Below are positions 1 to 9,291 of a stretch of 64,000 nt of DNA, in pieces. The stretch is from Candidatus Woesebacteria bacterium. GTDB taxonomy: Bacteria; Patescibacteriota; Microgenomatia; UBA8517. The position numbers and the translations under genes are program-made. Location: NCBI GenBank assembly GCA_013426185.1, contig CP058602.1, positions 463,123 to 527,122 of the forward strand, given 5' to 3'. Under the pieces are notes generated by a model. It made no database searches, was not told the origin of the DNA, and saw only the letters and a list, made by a program, of their open reading frames with translations. Positions within the stretch are counted from its first letter, which is position 1; each line of letters opens with the position of its first letter.

Positions 1-105
1 CAGCGTCAAGCACGGAATCTCCCAAAAACGAATCTACCAAATACGAGACAAGATGCTTGCTCGCATGCAAAGGCTAGGCATCGAACCAGGAAAGGAGGGT
101 CGACC

Positions 106-366
106 ATGATGGATTACGCAGCAACCACCTACCAACCGCAGCGCAATCACGACATAGGGCTACTGGCAAAAGTAATCCTCATCAGCAGCGGAGCTTTAAT
201 CCTCGGCTGGGCTTTTATCAAGGGCATAGACACCACCTTTGAAAACCAGGATCGTATGAACTGCAGGAGCGCAAAGGTAAGCGGGAACGAGGAATGGCTC
301 GAAAAATGCCAATGCTATTACGATGGACAGCCAATAAGTTGCATCCAAACCTATGACGAAAAATAA
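106..366 (+). CDS. Small phage membrane protein with Cys-containing C-terminus
   Basis: ORF with GGAGG SD, one hydrophobic segment, 4 Cys. Confidence 0.7.
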   Translation: MMDYAATTYQPQRNHDIGLLAKVILISSGALILGWAFIKGIDTTFENQDRMNCRSAKVSGNEEWLEKCQCYYDGQPISCIQTYDEK

Positions 367-1039
367 CGAGCTGACCACAATCCAAAAGACAGAGCTGACG
401 CAAACAGTGAACCGATTGTTTGCCACCAAGACACCTGCGAAGTTTATCAAAACCAGACCAGGAGCAGGCGGAAAACCAGTCAGGTATGTAGAGGTCGGCT
501 ACATCATCAACGAGCTGAATCGAGCCTTCGGCGCATTCTGGGAATTTAAAGTGGTCGACAAGCAGGTGGGTAAAAAACAGATATGGGTGCAGGGACAACT
601 GACGGTCAAAGACTATAAAACCAACTTCACTATAACCAAAGAAACCTTCGGGGGTGCAGACATTAAATTCCGCAGAGATACAGGAGAAGTGGTCGACATT
701 GCCAACGATCTCAAAGCAGCTGTAAGCGACTGCATCAAGAAATGCGCCTCAATGTTTGGAATAGCAGCCGATGTCTTCTTCAAAGAACAACAACTCTACG
801 ATGAAATGCCAACAGTAGTAGATGTAGAAAACGGCACTAGGGAATCACTTCTGCGTATAGTCCAACAGAAATACTTCGCCGTCGCAAAAAAGCTGGGCTT
901 CGAAGGCGAAGACGCCAAACAAAAAGCCAAAAAGCGCTACCAGGTTGAGTCATTCAACGACATCAGCATCGAAGACCTAACCAGATTTATCGAGGAGATG
1001 GAAGCATTCTCAGGAGACGAAGGAGGGCAAACACCATGA
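353..1039 (+). CDS. Rad52/Sak-like single-strand annealing protein
   Basis: IKTRPGAGGKPVRYVE...LNRAFG...W and KAAVSDCIKKCASMFGIAADVF motifs typical of the Rad52/22 family. Confidence 0.85.
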   Translation: MTKNNELTTIQKTELTQTVNRLFATKTPAKFIKTRPGAGGKPVRYVEVGYIINELNRAFGAFWEFKVVDKQVGKKQIWVQGQLTVKDYKTNFTITKETFGGADIKFRRDTGEVVDIANDLKAAVSDCIKKCASMFGIAADVFFKEQQLYDEMPTVVDVENGTRESLLRIVQQKYFAVAKKLGFEGEDAKQKAKKRYQVESFNDISIEDLTRFIEEMEAFSGDEGGQTP

Positions 1040-1842
1040 CAGATAAGATTATCGATCAAAGAAAACTTACTCCAGATAATTCGACAGCCGTCCCAAACGA
1101 CTTGGTCGATAAATACCTGCCAATGTTCAAAGGCGAGCAGCTGGCAGCAGTCCTCGATTTAATCCAGCAGACTTATAAAGCGGGGCTGGAGATCGGGCGA
1201 AGCGAGTCGAGCTTTTTTGTAGTAATTCCGATTGAAATCCTCCAGAGTCAAGACCTATCACAACTGGCAAAAATCCTCTATGGCGGAGTCATCGCACTAA
1301 GTAGGCAATCAGGCTTCTGCTACGCCACAAACAGATACCTAGCTCGCACCATCGGAGTAGCTGAGAAATCAGTAAACAGACCGCTCAGGGAGCTGGCTGA
1401 AAAGGGCAAGATCAGGATCGAAGTCAAGAGAGACAAATCAGGAACGCACCGCTTTATCTACCCAGTTTTTACATGGGGGGGGTTGTCAAAGAACAGGGAG
1501 GGGGGTTGCCAAAGAGCAAGGGGGGGATTAGCTAAAGAGCAAGGACAAAAGATAAATAGACAAAGAATAAATAAACAAAAAACCGTTACAAACGGTAATA
1601 AAAGTATCTTCAAAAAACTACCCACACTCCCCATGCCCCAGGAGCAAAAGGACTACATCAAAGACGAAATCCTCAAGGTCTTAAAAGACAAACACTCAGA
1701 GCGCTTCTACTACTTGGTCGCTTCTAAAGTCCCAGAGAGTGTAATCCGCCAAGCCTTATCAGAAATAAAAGCCGACGATGCAAACGATCCTGCGAAGGTC
1801 TTTACCTTCCGCATGAACAAATACGCCGAAGAAAAAATTTAG
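1036..1842 (+). CDS. Phage replication initiator with winged HTH domain
   Basis: LSQLAKILYG...GFCYATNRYLA...SVNRPLRELAEKGKI HTH pattern; internal iteron-like repeats. Confidence 0.75.
   Translation: MTDKIIDQRKLTPDNSTAVPNDLVDKYLPMFKGEQLAAVLDLIQQTYKAGLEIGRSESSFFVVIPIEILQSQDLSQLAKILYGGVIALSRQSGFCYATNRYLARTIGVAEKSVNRPLRELAEKGKIRIEVKRDKSGTHRFIYPVFTWGGLSKNREGGCQRARGGLAKEQGQKINRQRINKQKTVTNGNKSIFKKLPTLPMPQEQKDYIKDEILKVLKDKHSERFYYLVASKVPESVIRQALSEIKADDANDPAKVFTFRMNKYAEEKI
1475..1610. repeat. Putative phage replication origin: three ~22-23 bp iterons followed by an AT-rich tract
   Basis: G6-8-TTGYCAAAGARCA repeated at 1475, 1500 and (degenerate) 1520, then an A-rich stretch, inside the initiator gene. 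Confidence 0.65.
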
Positions 1843-1853
1843 CATGACCACCT

Positions 1854-2579
1854 ATGAAAAAAGCAATCTTGATTTTACTAACCATCCTGACAATAGCGGG
1901 CATAACAGCCAAAGTAACCTATGACAAAAACCGCACACCAGCAATACAGAAAAGCAATGAGACGACTCAGCCGACTGCTGAACCGACCCCTACCCCTCTA
2001 CCCGATCCACGCATTGAGATCGTGGCTGGGCGGTTGGCTGAAGAAGGCAGTCCGCTCACTGGCAAAGCTAATGTCTTTGTTAATTGCGGGAGCGACAACG
2101 GCATTGATCCGTATTTACTCGTGGGTATCACAGCAATCGAAAGCAGCTTTGGAAAGAATGCGTGTGGAGGCAACGCCTGGGGCTGGGCAAGCTGCAAAGT
2201 TCGACATTCCTCGCTTGAAGCTGGATGCCAATCAGTCGCCGAAGGAATCGCAACAGCACCTGCTTACAGTCGATACCGCCAAACAGGTCGAATCGAGGAT
2301 CTGGCAAACAGTTATTGCCCCTCAAATTCAGGTTGCCAGACGCAAAAGTGGGTGGCAGTCGTTCAAGGAGTCATCACCGATCTTCAGGATCGGGAGTTCA
2401 TCAGAGCTATGGAAGACCTAACCAAATACCTACCAGGAGACAAGGGTAAAGAAGAAATCCAGAACAACCTAGAGGAACTAAAAAAGCGCCTGGAAACAGC
2501 ATCGGGAACAAACAAAGAGGTTATTGAGATTTTAATCAGAGCCAACGAAAGAGCGCTGGAGAAAGGAGGGCGACAATGA
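1854..2579 (+). CDS. Membrane-anchored lysozyme-like (glucosaminidase-type) protein
   Basis: N-terminal TM, PT linker, IDPYLLVGITAIESSFGK...NAWGW motif. Confidence 0.7.
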   Translation: MKKAILILLTILTIAGITAKVTYDKNRTPAIQKSNETTQPTAEPTPTPLPDPRIEIVAGRLAEEGSPLTGKANVFVNCGSDNGIDPYLLVGITAIESSFGKNACGGNAWGWASCKVRHSSLEAGCQSVAEGIATAPAYSRYRQTGRIEDLANSYCPSNSGCQTQKWVAVVQGVITDLQDREFIRAMEDLTKYLPGDKGKEEIQNNLEELKKRLETASGTNKEVIEILIRANERALEKGGRQ

Positions 2580-3529
2580 AAGGCAAAATCATAAATGACC
2601 AATGTAAAAAATGTGGAATAGCGATTAAAACGACTCATTATCGAAAAAACCAAACATACTGCCAACGATGCAGAAAGAAAGCCCACAACGCCTCGGTTAG
2701 AAAATGGCGACGTAAAGTGCTTGAGAAGAAAATAAAGGAATCCCAGGGGCAAAAGAGGGATATTGGATTTCCAACCAACATCAACTATTACAAGCCATTT
2801 TATAAAGTTGAGAACGGATATGGATACGAAGGAGTCTTGCTTTGTGATAACAAGACAGGAGAGGTGCAATGCCATATTTGCGGAGGTTGGTTTCATTGGC
2901 TGCAAAACCATATTAGGGGAACTCATAAGCTATCAGCAGATGAGTATAGAAAACAATTCAAATTAAATTGGACTACGGCACTTTGTTCAGAAAAAGTCCG
3001 AGAACAGTTAGTGCGGAGGGCGATGACCTACCCCTGGGAGCGATTGAAAAAAAACGGGGAAAAACTTGTCAGAATGTCAAAAAATGGGAAAAACCGCAAC
3101 TCAAAATGGAGAGAGAGAAATCACCAAACATTAGAAGGTAAAAATAAATTGGGGTTATGTTCACTTCAGATTATCGAGAGGTTGATAAGAATCAGTAAAA
3201 AGCTAGGTAGACAACCTTACACCCACGAAATGATTGGTGACCGAGGCACAAACATCCGAGGGGCTATTATAAGAAATTTTGGATCAGTGGCAGAGGTCAG
3301 AAGAATTTTAGCGATGCAGGGATATGTCTACCAAAGCAGATATGGCAGAAAAACATTCACCGACCAGCAGCTTCTCGGAAGCCTAAAAAAATTTGCTGAA
3401 GTATACAAACGACGCCCCTCCTACTCAGACATTGCCAGGGGGATTCTATACAGCAAGTCAACTTACGAAAAAAGGTTTGGGAGCTGGAGAAAAGCAAAAG
3501 AATTAGCCTTTGCCAGTAATAACATATGA
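2576..3529 (+). CDS. Zn-finger/MucR(Ros)-like protein with homing-endonuclease-associated repeats
   Basis: CKKC..CQRC; VQCHICGGWF..L.NHI...HKLSADEYRKQFKL; two RxFGSW-like repeats. Confidence 0.6.
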   Translation: MKGKIINDQCKKCGIAIKTTHYRKNQTYCQRCRKKAHNASVRKWRRKVLEKKIKESQGQKRDIGFPTNINYYKPFYKVENGYGYEGVLLCDNKTGEVQCHICGGWFHWLQNHIRGTHKLSADEYRKQFKLNWTTALCSEKVREQLVRRAMTYPWERLKKNGEKLVRMSKNGKNRNSKWRERNHQTLEGKNKLGLCSLQIIERLIRISKKLGRQPYTHEMIGDRGTNIRGAIIRNFGSVAEVRRILAMQGYVYQSRYGRKTFTDQQLLGSLKKFAEVYKRRPSYSDIARGILYSKSTYEKRFGSWRKAKELAFASNNI

Positions 3530-3870
3530 GCAAAACCTACACCTACAAATCAATTCAAGACCTGCTTCGTGCGGTGTTGGATGAACACCCAGAGGCAAAG
3601 AATAACTATAACGAAATGGTGCTGAGGGTATGGCAGGCATGCGGGGCAAAAATCCCAGAAGCTCTGATTGCCTACACGAAGTGGCACTGCCCCTCGCCAG
3701 AGACAATCTCCAGGGCGCATCGAGACTTGAAGAATGTGAGCAAGATCATATCGACACCAGAGGGTAGCAAACTTACCTACCCCTACCGACCCGATCCAGA
3801 TGTCCTGGCAGCCAGGAAATCACGGCAAATTCAAATGACAGAGATGTTTAGAAATCAAAAAAGCCTATGA
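3526..3870 (+). CDS. Hypothetical phage protein
   Basis: Translationally coupled ORF; PSPETISRAHR motif. Confidence 0.7.
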   Translation: MSKTYTYKSIQDLLRAVLDEHPEAKNNYNEMVLRVWQACGAKIPEALIAYTKWHCPSPETISRAHRDLKNVSKIISTPEGSKLTYPYRPDPDVLAARKSRQIQMTEMFRNQKSL

Positions 3871-4199
3871 ACAAAACAGAAAAAAGAGCGTTCGACAGAC
3901 TAAGGGTTGCAGGCTACCAAGTCGAGCAGCCGATCAACAAAACCCTGCGAACAAAGAAGGGCTTTATAACGATCCGCCACGACCTCTGGGGCATTTGGGA
4001 CTTTTGTGCGGTTAACGCCAAAGAGATTAGGTTTATACAGGTCGCTGAGAAATACTTCAGCCAGAAACCGAAAGCCGACCAGATAGATATGCTGCAGTTC
4101 CCCAACCCGCCCCATACCAGAAAAGAATACTGGCATTGGGATAAAAAGAAAGGCGATTTTATTATCGAGGAAATAAAAGGAGGTGACAACCATGCCTAA
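3867..4199 (+). CDS. PD-(D/E)xK nuclease, Holliday-junction-resolvase-like
   Basis: EKRA...GY.VE...DLWGIWDFCAV...IRFIQV pattern. Confidence 0.55.
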   Translation: MNKTEKRAFDRLRVAGYQVEQPINKTLRTKKGFITIRHDLWGIWDFCAVNAKEIRFIQVAEKYFSQKPKADQIDMLQFPNPPHTRKEYWHWDKKKGDFIIEEIKGGDNHA

Positions 4200-4662
4200 A
4201 ACACAACCAAAAGCAATACCAACCAAAGAAGCATTCGGCACGCTGACAAAAAAGGATATTGACCTGCTCTTTGTCTTCGCTGAGCGCCTCTGGGATGGCG
4301 ACCATCAGCATCTCTTAAAACAGCGAAAGGTGCTGGCAACGGCTCTCATGAAGGCGCTGGACAAACTCGGAAGCCAGAGAGAGGTCAGCAAGAAGAGATA
4401 TACCATCTCAACCCAGGAATTCAAGAGCCTGGAGGCAGCAGAGGCGAAAATCCGAGAGTGGTATGAGGATGACGAGCTGCGGGAAGGCACAAAGGTCTTC
4501 GAAATAACAGGAGTTACTTACAAACCAGAATTAAAACTCGTAAAGGAGGTGAGTGAACATGGCAAACAAAAAACCAAAATACCATTTCGAGGGCAAACGC
4601 AAGGATGCCAACGGCAAAGATGTTTATGTCTTAGTCGACCTGAAAACCAAAAAACAGATTGA
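4192..4662 (+). CDS. Hypothetical phage protein
   Basis: GGAGGTGA SD before ATG 4192; C-terminus overlaps the next small ORF. Confidence 0.65.
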   Translation: MPKTQPKAIPTKEAFGTLTKKDIDLLFVFAERLWDGDHQHLLKQRKVLATALMKALDKLGSQREVSKKRYTISTQEFKSLEAAEAKIREWYEDDELREGTKVFEITGVTYKPELKLVKEVSEHGKQKTKIPFRGQTQGCQRQRCLCLSRPENQKTD

Positions 4663-4717
4663 GGTAGACCAGGAAACTTTTGTTAACAAAGAGGCTGCAG
4701 GAGAAATTGAAAGATAA
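4559..4717 (+). CDS. Small hypothetical protein (52 aa, MANKKPKYHFEGKRKD...), below ORF-track cutoff
   Basis: GGAGGTGA SD and ATG at 4559, read by eye. Confidence 0.65.
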   Translation: MANKKPKYHFEGKRKDANGKDVYVLVDLKTKKQIEVDQETFVNKEAAGEIER

Positions 4718-4723
4718 AAACCT

Positions 4724-4957
4724 ATGACCAAAAAACAGCGCTTAGAAAAATTCCTAGACAAACTTGAACAGGAGCTGGTAATCCGTGAGGTCAACCACGC
4801 CTTTATAAGCGAGCTAGACCCAAGCCAGCCTTGGGGCATTATGCAGAAAACTAAGCAGGATGCACTGGTGCAGGAGGAAATCAACCTGAAAAAAATAGCA
4901 AAGATGATTGAGATTACTAAAAAGTTAATCGCCAAAGAAGGAGGTGATAGCAAATGA
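4724..4957 (+). CDS. Hypothetical phage protein
   Basis: ORF with AAAAACCTATG start context. Confidence 0.7.
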   Translation: MTKKQRLEKFLDKLEQELVIREVNHAFISELDPSQPWGIMQKTKQDALVQEEINLKKIAKMIEITKKLIAKEGGDSK

Positions 4958-5082
4958 CCGATGCAGAAAAAAAGCGCCTTGAAGAACTTCGTAAAAAAGA
5001 AGACATGACTGAGAAGGATTGGGAGGAGCTGAGAAAGCTAGAAAAGAAAGAGGAGGCAGAGGCGAAGCCAAAAAAAGAGTAA
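4954..5082 (+). CDS. Small charged protein (42 aa, MTDAEKKRLEELRKK...)
   Basis: GGAGGTGA SD; ATGA overlap with the upstream stop. Confidence 0.6.
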   Translation: MTDAEKKRLEELRKKEDMTEKDWEELRKLEKKEEAEAKPKKE

Positions 5083-5144
5083 TCCTCTCACCCCTGGGGG
5101 TGGGACAGGTCTCGCCCTCAGTATTGAAAGGATTACTAAGAAAC

Positions 5145-5306
5145 ATGGCAAATATAGACACAAAACTAAGAAAGCTAATATATGAGTTCCTTCGAGCAAT
5201 CGAAGGTAAGTCGGCGTTTGAAAAGCTGCCCATCATCGAGGACTTAATCCAACAGACCAAAGATTTATTCAAAGAAGAAATCGAGAAAGGAGGTGAGAAT
5301 CCGTGA
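5145..5306 (+). CDS. Small hypothetical protein
   Basis: Likely start MANIDTK within the track ORF 5019..5306. Confidence 0.55.
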   Translation: MANIDTKLRKLIYEFLRAIEGKSAFEKLPIIEDLIQQTKDLFKEEIEKGGENP

Positions 5307-5509
5307 AGCAAGTAGTCAGATGCGTGGGGTGCAGCAAAATCGTAGGGCTTTATAAGTCCTACAGTGTGACTGTTACCGAGACTCCTATCGAAAACGGCAA
5401 ACGACTGGCGGAAGTAACTTACAAAGCGAGAATTTGTAGGGACTGCGCCGAAGGTGCTGGTTACAAAGTTAGCAGGAGAAAAAAACGCCATGAATCAAAA
5501 AAAGATTAA
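5303..5509 (+). CDS. Small Zn-ribbon protein
   Basis: CVGC...CRDC; GGAGGTGA SD. Confidence 0.65.
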   Translation: MKQVVRCVGCSKIVGLYKSYSVTVTETPIENGKRLAEVTYKARICRDCAEGAGYKVSRRKKRHESKKD

Positions 5510-5672
5510 GTTAATGCGAAGGCTGGCACGAAGTGCTGGACTGCCTATTAAGGTGGTCAAACGAAATTATAAAGCGCTCAACTCCCCACAGCGTGATGAA
5601 CTTGCAAGGGAGCTAAAGCGGATTCAACAGGCAACCTATGATAAACATCAAGCCAATCAAACCGTTACTTAA
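5490..5672 (+). CDS. Small basic hypothetical protein
   Basis: AGGAG SD before MNQKK. Confidence 0.55.
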   Translation: MNQKKIKLMRRLARSAGLPIKVVKRNYKALNSPQRDELARELKRIQQATYDKHQANQTVT

Positions 5673-5817
5673 AGAGGATTATATCTCCCCTCACCTGCAG
5701 GATGAGCAGAAAAAGCGGGAGATCGAGCCAATAACCAAAGAAGGGTTAGGCTGGCGGGAGCGCCTCTGGCTTTGGTTGGTGCGAGTAATTACTAAATTCC
5801 TAAGAAAATATGGCTAA
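5638..5817 (+). CDS. Small hypothetical protein (59 aa, MINIKPIKP...)
   Basis: Open frame filling the gap before the methyltransferase, read by eye. Confidence 0.5.
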   Translation: MINIKPIKPLLKEDYISPHLQDEQKKREIEPITKEGLGWRERLWLWLVRVITKFLRKYG

Positions 5818-7108
5818 CGAAATAAAATACCCAACCATTCCGATAAGCACGCTACGATTTGCCGAATACAATCCCAGGCAAATCACCAGGAGCGTGATCG
5901 AATCGCTGAAAAAGTCAATTAAACGATTCGGTAGTGTTGTGCCGATAGTGGTTAACACTTATAAAGGCAGAGAAAATGTTGTAGTTGGTGGAGAAAAACG
6001 AGTGCGGGCAGCGACAGAGCTGGGTATGAGCGACATTCCATACATCGCAGTCAACCTCCCACTGGCTGAGGAGAAAGCGCTAAACCTGGCACTAAACAAA
6101 ATCGAGGACAGGTGGGACGATGCAAAGCTGGCAGCTGTGATGACTGACCTGGCAAAAGTGGACTTTGATTTATCGGTGACTGGCTTTAATGAAGTGGAGA
6201 TAAGTAATCTCCTCGATACAACTATGCTCCTTGACTTGCCAGAGGAAGAACCCTGGGATACGGAAAAAGAGTTGGCAAAGATAACTGAGCCAATCTCAAA
6301 ATATGGAGAGGTTTATCAGTTGGGCAAGCACCGCCTCATGTGCGGAGATGCTACCAAGCCAGAGGATGTGGCAAAACTGATGGACGGCAAGAAAGCCGAT
6401 ATGGTTTTCACCGATCCTCCCTATAATGTCGCTCACACTAGCAGAGAAAAGAAAGGTAAATTCCACACAGAGAAAGGCACAATTCTAGGAGATGACCAAA
6501 GTCAGGAGGAATTCCGAGCCTTCACTAGTGCATTTTTCAAGAACTACAGCGACATCTTAAAACCTGGCGGGGTGATTTATGTCTGCACGGGCTACAGCTC
6601 ATACCCCCTATTTTACTATCAAATGCTGAACGCAGGCTTTGAATTCAGTTCAACAATAGTCTGGGTCAAACCGAGCTTTGCCATCGGCTGGGGAGATTAT
6701 AAAAAACAATATGAGCAAGTGATGAAGGGGCTGCGAAGGGCAGGTAAAAGCAAAGCCGAACCAATTCTATACGGTTGGAAACAGGGAGAGCGCCATCACT
6801 TTGAAGGCGATGCTAACGAAAGCGATGTCTGGGAGTTCCCCCGCAAAGCAATCACTGAGATGGTTCACCCAACAGAGAAACCAGAGTGGCTGATTATGAA
6901 AGCACTAAGGGGTGGGAGTCGTGTCGGACAGTTGGTGGTGGATTTATTCGGCGGAAGCGGGTCAACACTGATAGCAGCACACAAACTGGGGCGTATTTGT
7001 TACTTAATGGAACTCGACCCGAAGTTCTGCGATTTGATCAGAAAACGAGCAGAAAGGCTAAAAAATAATGAAAACCAGCAGTTTCCTAGCCTTGTCGACG
7101 CTGTGTAA
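5810..7108 (+). CDS. ParB-N domain fused N6/N4 DNA methyltransferase
   Basis: YNPR ParB-like N-terminus; FTDPPYN, HPTEKP, VVDLFGGSGSTLIAA motifs. Confidence 0.92.
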   Translation: MANEIKYPTIPISTLRFAEYNPRQITRSVIESLKKSIKRFGSVVPIVVNTYKGRENVVVGGEKRVRAATELGMSDIPYIAVNLPLAEEKALNLALNKIEDRWDDAKLAAVMTDLAKVDFDLSVTGFNEVEISNLLDTTMLLDLPEEEPWDTEKELAKITEPISKYGEVYQLGKHRLMCGDATKPEDVAKLMDGKKADMVFTDPPYNVAHTSREKKGKFHTEKGTILGDDQSQEEFRAFTSAFFKNYSDILKPGGVIYVCTGYSSYPLFYYQMLNAGFEFSSTIVWVKPSFAIGWGDYKKQYEQVMKGLRRAGKSKAEPILYGWKQGERHHFEGDANESDVWEFPRKAITEMVHPTEKPEWLIMKALRGGSRVGQLVVDLFGGSGSTLIAAHKLGRICYLMELDPKFCDLIRKRAERLKNNENQQFPSLVDAV

Positions 7109-7163
7109 TGCCCCAGGAGGGGCGATTCAAGGTCAAGTGGAATACAACAACCTATAAAAACAT

Positions 7164-7757
7164 ATGAGTAGACAACAAGTAAAAATACAACCAAACTTAA
7201 GCACTTCAAAGATGCCTGGCGAAAGGCAAAGGGAGTATACGGCATGGCTTCTTTACTGCGAAGCGGGCAGCTACGAAAAGACGCTACGGATGTGGATTGC
7301 GATATACCACCGAACTACCACTGAAATACCACCAATTTTTACAGAAAATCTTGGTAAGCCAGTCAACATAAGAACACTGAAAGATTGGGGCAAAAAGTAT
7401 CAATGGGTAAAAAGAACCGACCTGCGATTAGCTGAGGAATTGGAGGAGTTAAAAATCAAAGCCGATAGAATCAGGCAAAAAAAGAGATTCGAGATAACCG
7501 ATGTCTTTTGGACAAGGCTACAAATGCTTAAAAAGCAAATGCAAAAAGGTGAGATTGTCACAGTTGCTGAGATCAAAGCCCTCTGGGAGATGATGCGTAC
7601 CGAATGGGGTGAGTCTATCGGCAAAACGCAAATCGAACATGGTATAAACCCAGAGGAGCAAAATCCTATCATCGATAGCCTGACTGAAAAGTTATTAAAG
7701 ATTTATAGACAAGAGCGTGATGAACAACGACGCAGAAACCATCATAAAAAATCTTGA
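7164..7757 (+). CDS. Probable terminase small subunit
   Basis: Position directly upstream of terL; HTH-like TLKDWGKKYQWVKR. Confidence 0.55.
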   Translation: MSRQQVKIQPNLSTSKMPGERQREYTAWLLYCEAGSYEKTLRMWIAIYHRTTTEIPPIFTENLGKPVNIRTLKDWGKKYQWVKRTDLRLAEELEELKIKADRIRQKKRFEITDVFWTRLQMLKKQMQKGEIVTVAEIKALWEMMRTEWGESIGKTQIEHGINPEEQNPIIDSLTEKLLKIYRQERDEQRRRNHHKKS

Positions 7758-9291
7758 AAAGGCTGGTGTTGATTACTGGATCGAGCGCAACCAGATCAAG
7801 AACGAGAACGGTCTACCGATTGAGTTCGAAGACCACAGCTTTATGCTGGACATCTATCGGGACAATACCCAAGTGCAGGTAATTCAGAAAGCCTCGCAGG
7901 TGGGTGCAAGCACAATGGAAATTCTCAAAGTGCTGCACACGGCTAGATACCTGGGAGTCAACCAGATTTACACCCTGCCAACAACAGATGATGTCTACAA
8001 GTTTGTGCCGAGCAAAGTCAACCAGATTATAAAAATGAACCCCTGTATTAAGCGGGGAATTAGTCCGAAAGACATCGACTCGGTAGAACAAAAGCAGCTG
8101 GGCAAATCGTTTATCTTCTTCAAAGGTACTTTTACCGAGCGAGAAGCCATTATGCTAACCAGCGATTGTAACATTCACGACGAGCTAGACAAGTCAAAAG
8201 AGGAAGTGGTGCGGGACTACACTTCCCGTATGGGCTACTCGAAAATAAGACGGCAGCACTTCTTCTCCACTCCCACCATCCCTGACTTTGGTATCAACAA
8301 GCTATTTGAACAATCAGACCAGAAACACTGGCGTTTCAACTGCCCCCACTGCTCATTCCGCCAGCATATGGACTGGGAAAAGAATGTTGATGAGAAGCGG
8401 GGTATTTATGTCTGCCAGAAGTGTAAAAAGGAGATTACCCCGCAAGAGATAAACAGATACGGCAGTTGGGAGGCACGCTACCCTGGCAGACCAATCTCAG
8501 GCTACTGGATCAGCCAGATGAACTGCCCATGGAGAACAGCAGCAGACCTAATCAAAGAGAAAGAAGACGCTGAAGATGACACCTACTTCTACAACTATAT
8601 CCTGGGATTGCCTTACTTATCAGCCGAGCAGCGCATTCCAGCCAGCCTGTTCCTGCGCAACTTGACCGACAAAGAAGCCGAAGCAGCTGAAGACTACAAT
8701 GTGATGGGCATCGACACAGGATCAGGCACTGGTAAGGGCAATCATGTGATTATTGGCAATAAAACAGGCATCTTCTGGATGGGCGTATTGACTGACAAAG
8801 AAGGCTCAGACCGCTGGCAACAGACAGCCGAGCTTATAAAATTTTACGACATCAGGGTAACAGTAATTGACGGACAGCCCTACACAGTCGAAGCACTAAA
8901 CCTCGCAAGGCAATTCCCTTACAGGGTCTACCTCTGCTGGTTTAAAGACGATCCAAAAATGCTCGAAATTGTGCGCTTTTTTGATGAGCAAGAAGGCAAG
9001 GAAAAAGACTTGGAGGACGAAATAAAAGTGCTGGCATCCCGAACCAAAATTATCGACGAGACAATAACGGCGCTGCACAAGCACGAAATAAAGTTTGCCA
9101 TGCGTCCAGACAGCCCAACCTTCAAGTTGTTAATCGACCACGCTCAGACAATGTATGCCAGGTCAGTTACCGACAAGCTGGGACAGATAAAGAGAGAGTG
9201 GGCAAACACAGGGGCTAACGACTTTTTTCTAGCATTTATTTACTGGCATATAGCCATGAAGAAACGCAACAAGTATGAGCCAAACAAATAA
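7717..9291 (+). CDS. terL: Terminase large subunit (lambda GpA-like)
   Basis: KASQVGAST Walker A, IHDELD Walker B, FSTPT, CPHC/CQKC Zn finger, MGIDTG nuclease motif. Confidence 0.9.
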   Translation: MMNNDAETIIKNLEKAGVDYWIERNQIKNENGLPIEFEDHSFMLDIYRDNTQVQVIQKASQVGASTMEILKVLHTARYLGVNQIYTLPTTDDVYKFVPSKVNQIIKMNPCIKRGISPKDIDSVEQKQLGKSFIFFKGTFTEREAIMLTSDCNIHDELDKSKEEVVRDYTSRMGYSKIRRQHFFSTPTIPDFGINKLFEQSDQKHWRFNCPHCSFRQHMDWEKNVDEKRGIYVCQKCKKEITPQEINRYGSWEARYPGRPISGYWISQMNCPWRTAADLIKEKEDAEDDTYFYNYILGLPYLSAEQRIPASLFLRNLTDKEAEAAEDYNVMGIDTGSGTGKGNHVIIGNKTGIFWMGVLTDKEGSDRWQQTAELIKFYDIRVTVIDGQPYTVEALNLARQFPYRVYLCWFKDDPKMLEIVRFFDEQEGKEKDLEDEIKVLASRTKIIDETITALHKHEIKFAMRPDSPTFKLLIDHAQTMYARSVTDKLGQIKREWANTGANDFFLAFIYWHIAMKKRNKYEPNK

